Assembly (NCBI GenBank): GCA_964016885.1
Contig: OZ024741.1
Location: 292,764,001 to 292,828,000, forward strand
Direction of reading: 5' to 3'
Source of the DNA: Eledone cirrhosa
Lineage: Eukaryota
Length of the DNA stretch: 64,000 bases
In this document: piece after piece, positions 63,599-64,000 of the stretch
Position numbering within the stretch: the stretch's first letter is position 1
Layout of the letters: each line of letters starts with the position of its first letter
Program-made: the position numbers and the translations under genes
The notes under the pieces: model-generated
Told to the model about the DNA's origin: nothing
Seen by the model: the letters and a program-made list of their open reading frames with translations, nothing else
The model's database searches: none

Positions 63599-64000
63599 TA
63601 AGGTAGAAAGTTACTCGTAAAACGAGGACACTAGCAGTACATATGCAAGCGTATAGAGAGTGCAAATGCGTTAGGTATATACAGGACAGCTAGGTAGGAA
63701 ACAAGTAATGGTACTAGGCATATATAATTACTGTATGGCAAATGTATCACATAAAAATAACACAGGTTTACAAGCATATCAAGCAGACAAAGATGTTTGT
63801 GTATTAAAATGATGAGTTTATGGTGGATGTATAGTGTGATAATTGTTTCTGTAATTTTCAAATGTGCATGTGTTGAGAGTATTAATACTATTGTTTTCTT
63901 TTCTATTACATTGGTTATATTTTATTTAAGTGAATGTTTATAATTAGTTACAGCTATGGATTGTATATTGGTCCTATTATACTGTTATCCAGGGTTCGAG

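Overview
Eukaryotic, AT-rich, microsatellite-dense, essentially intergenic or intronic DNA. The repeat content resembles an octopus/cephalopod genome (inferred from SINE/LINE types, not verified). No host protein-coding gene could be supported; almost all listed ORFs are microsatellite artefacts. Recognisable content: a young 5'-truncated Penelope-like retroelement (RT + GIY-YIG) with an inverted 5' duplication; several RTE LINE copies whose RT carries an in-frame PHD-type finger; an R4/Dong-like REL fragment; a DD37D Tc1/mariner transposon; a head-to-tail Helitron dimer; three tRNA-derived SINE families; and MITEs. The most notable signal is a dense set of minimal type-I hammerhead ribozyme (HHR) motifs from several unrelated sequence families, nearly all in elements ending at (TA)n tracts and often in tandem or inverted arrangement. 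These include a ~420-430 bp non-coding retrozyme-like repeat with an octamer motif (two loci), a spacer-less palindrome carrying two back-to-back U3-A8 variant HHRs, and the HHR of the Penelope element itself. All coordinates were read by eye and may be off by a few bases.
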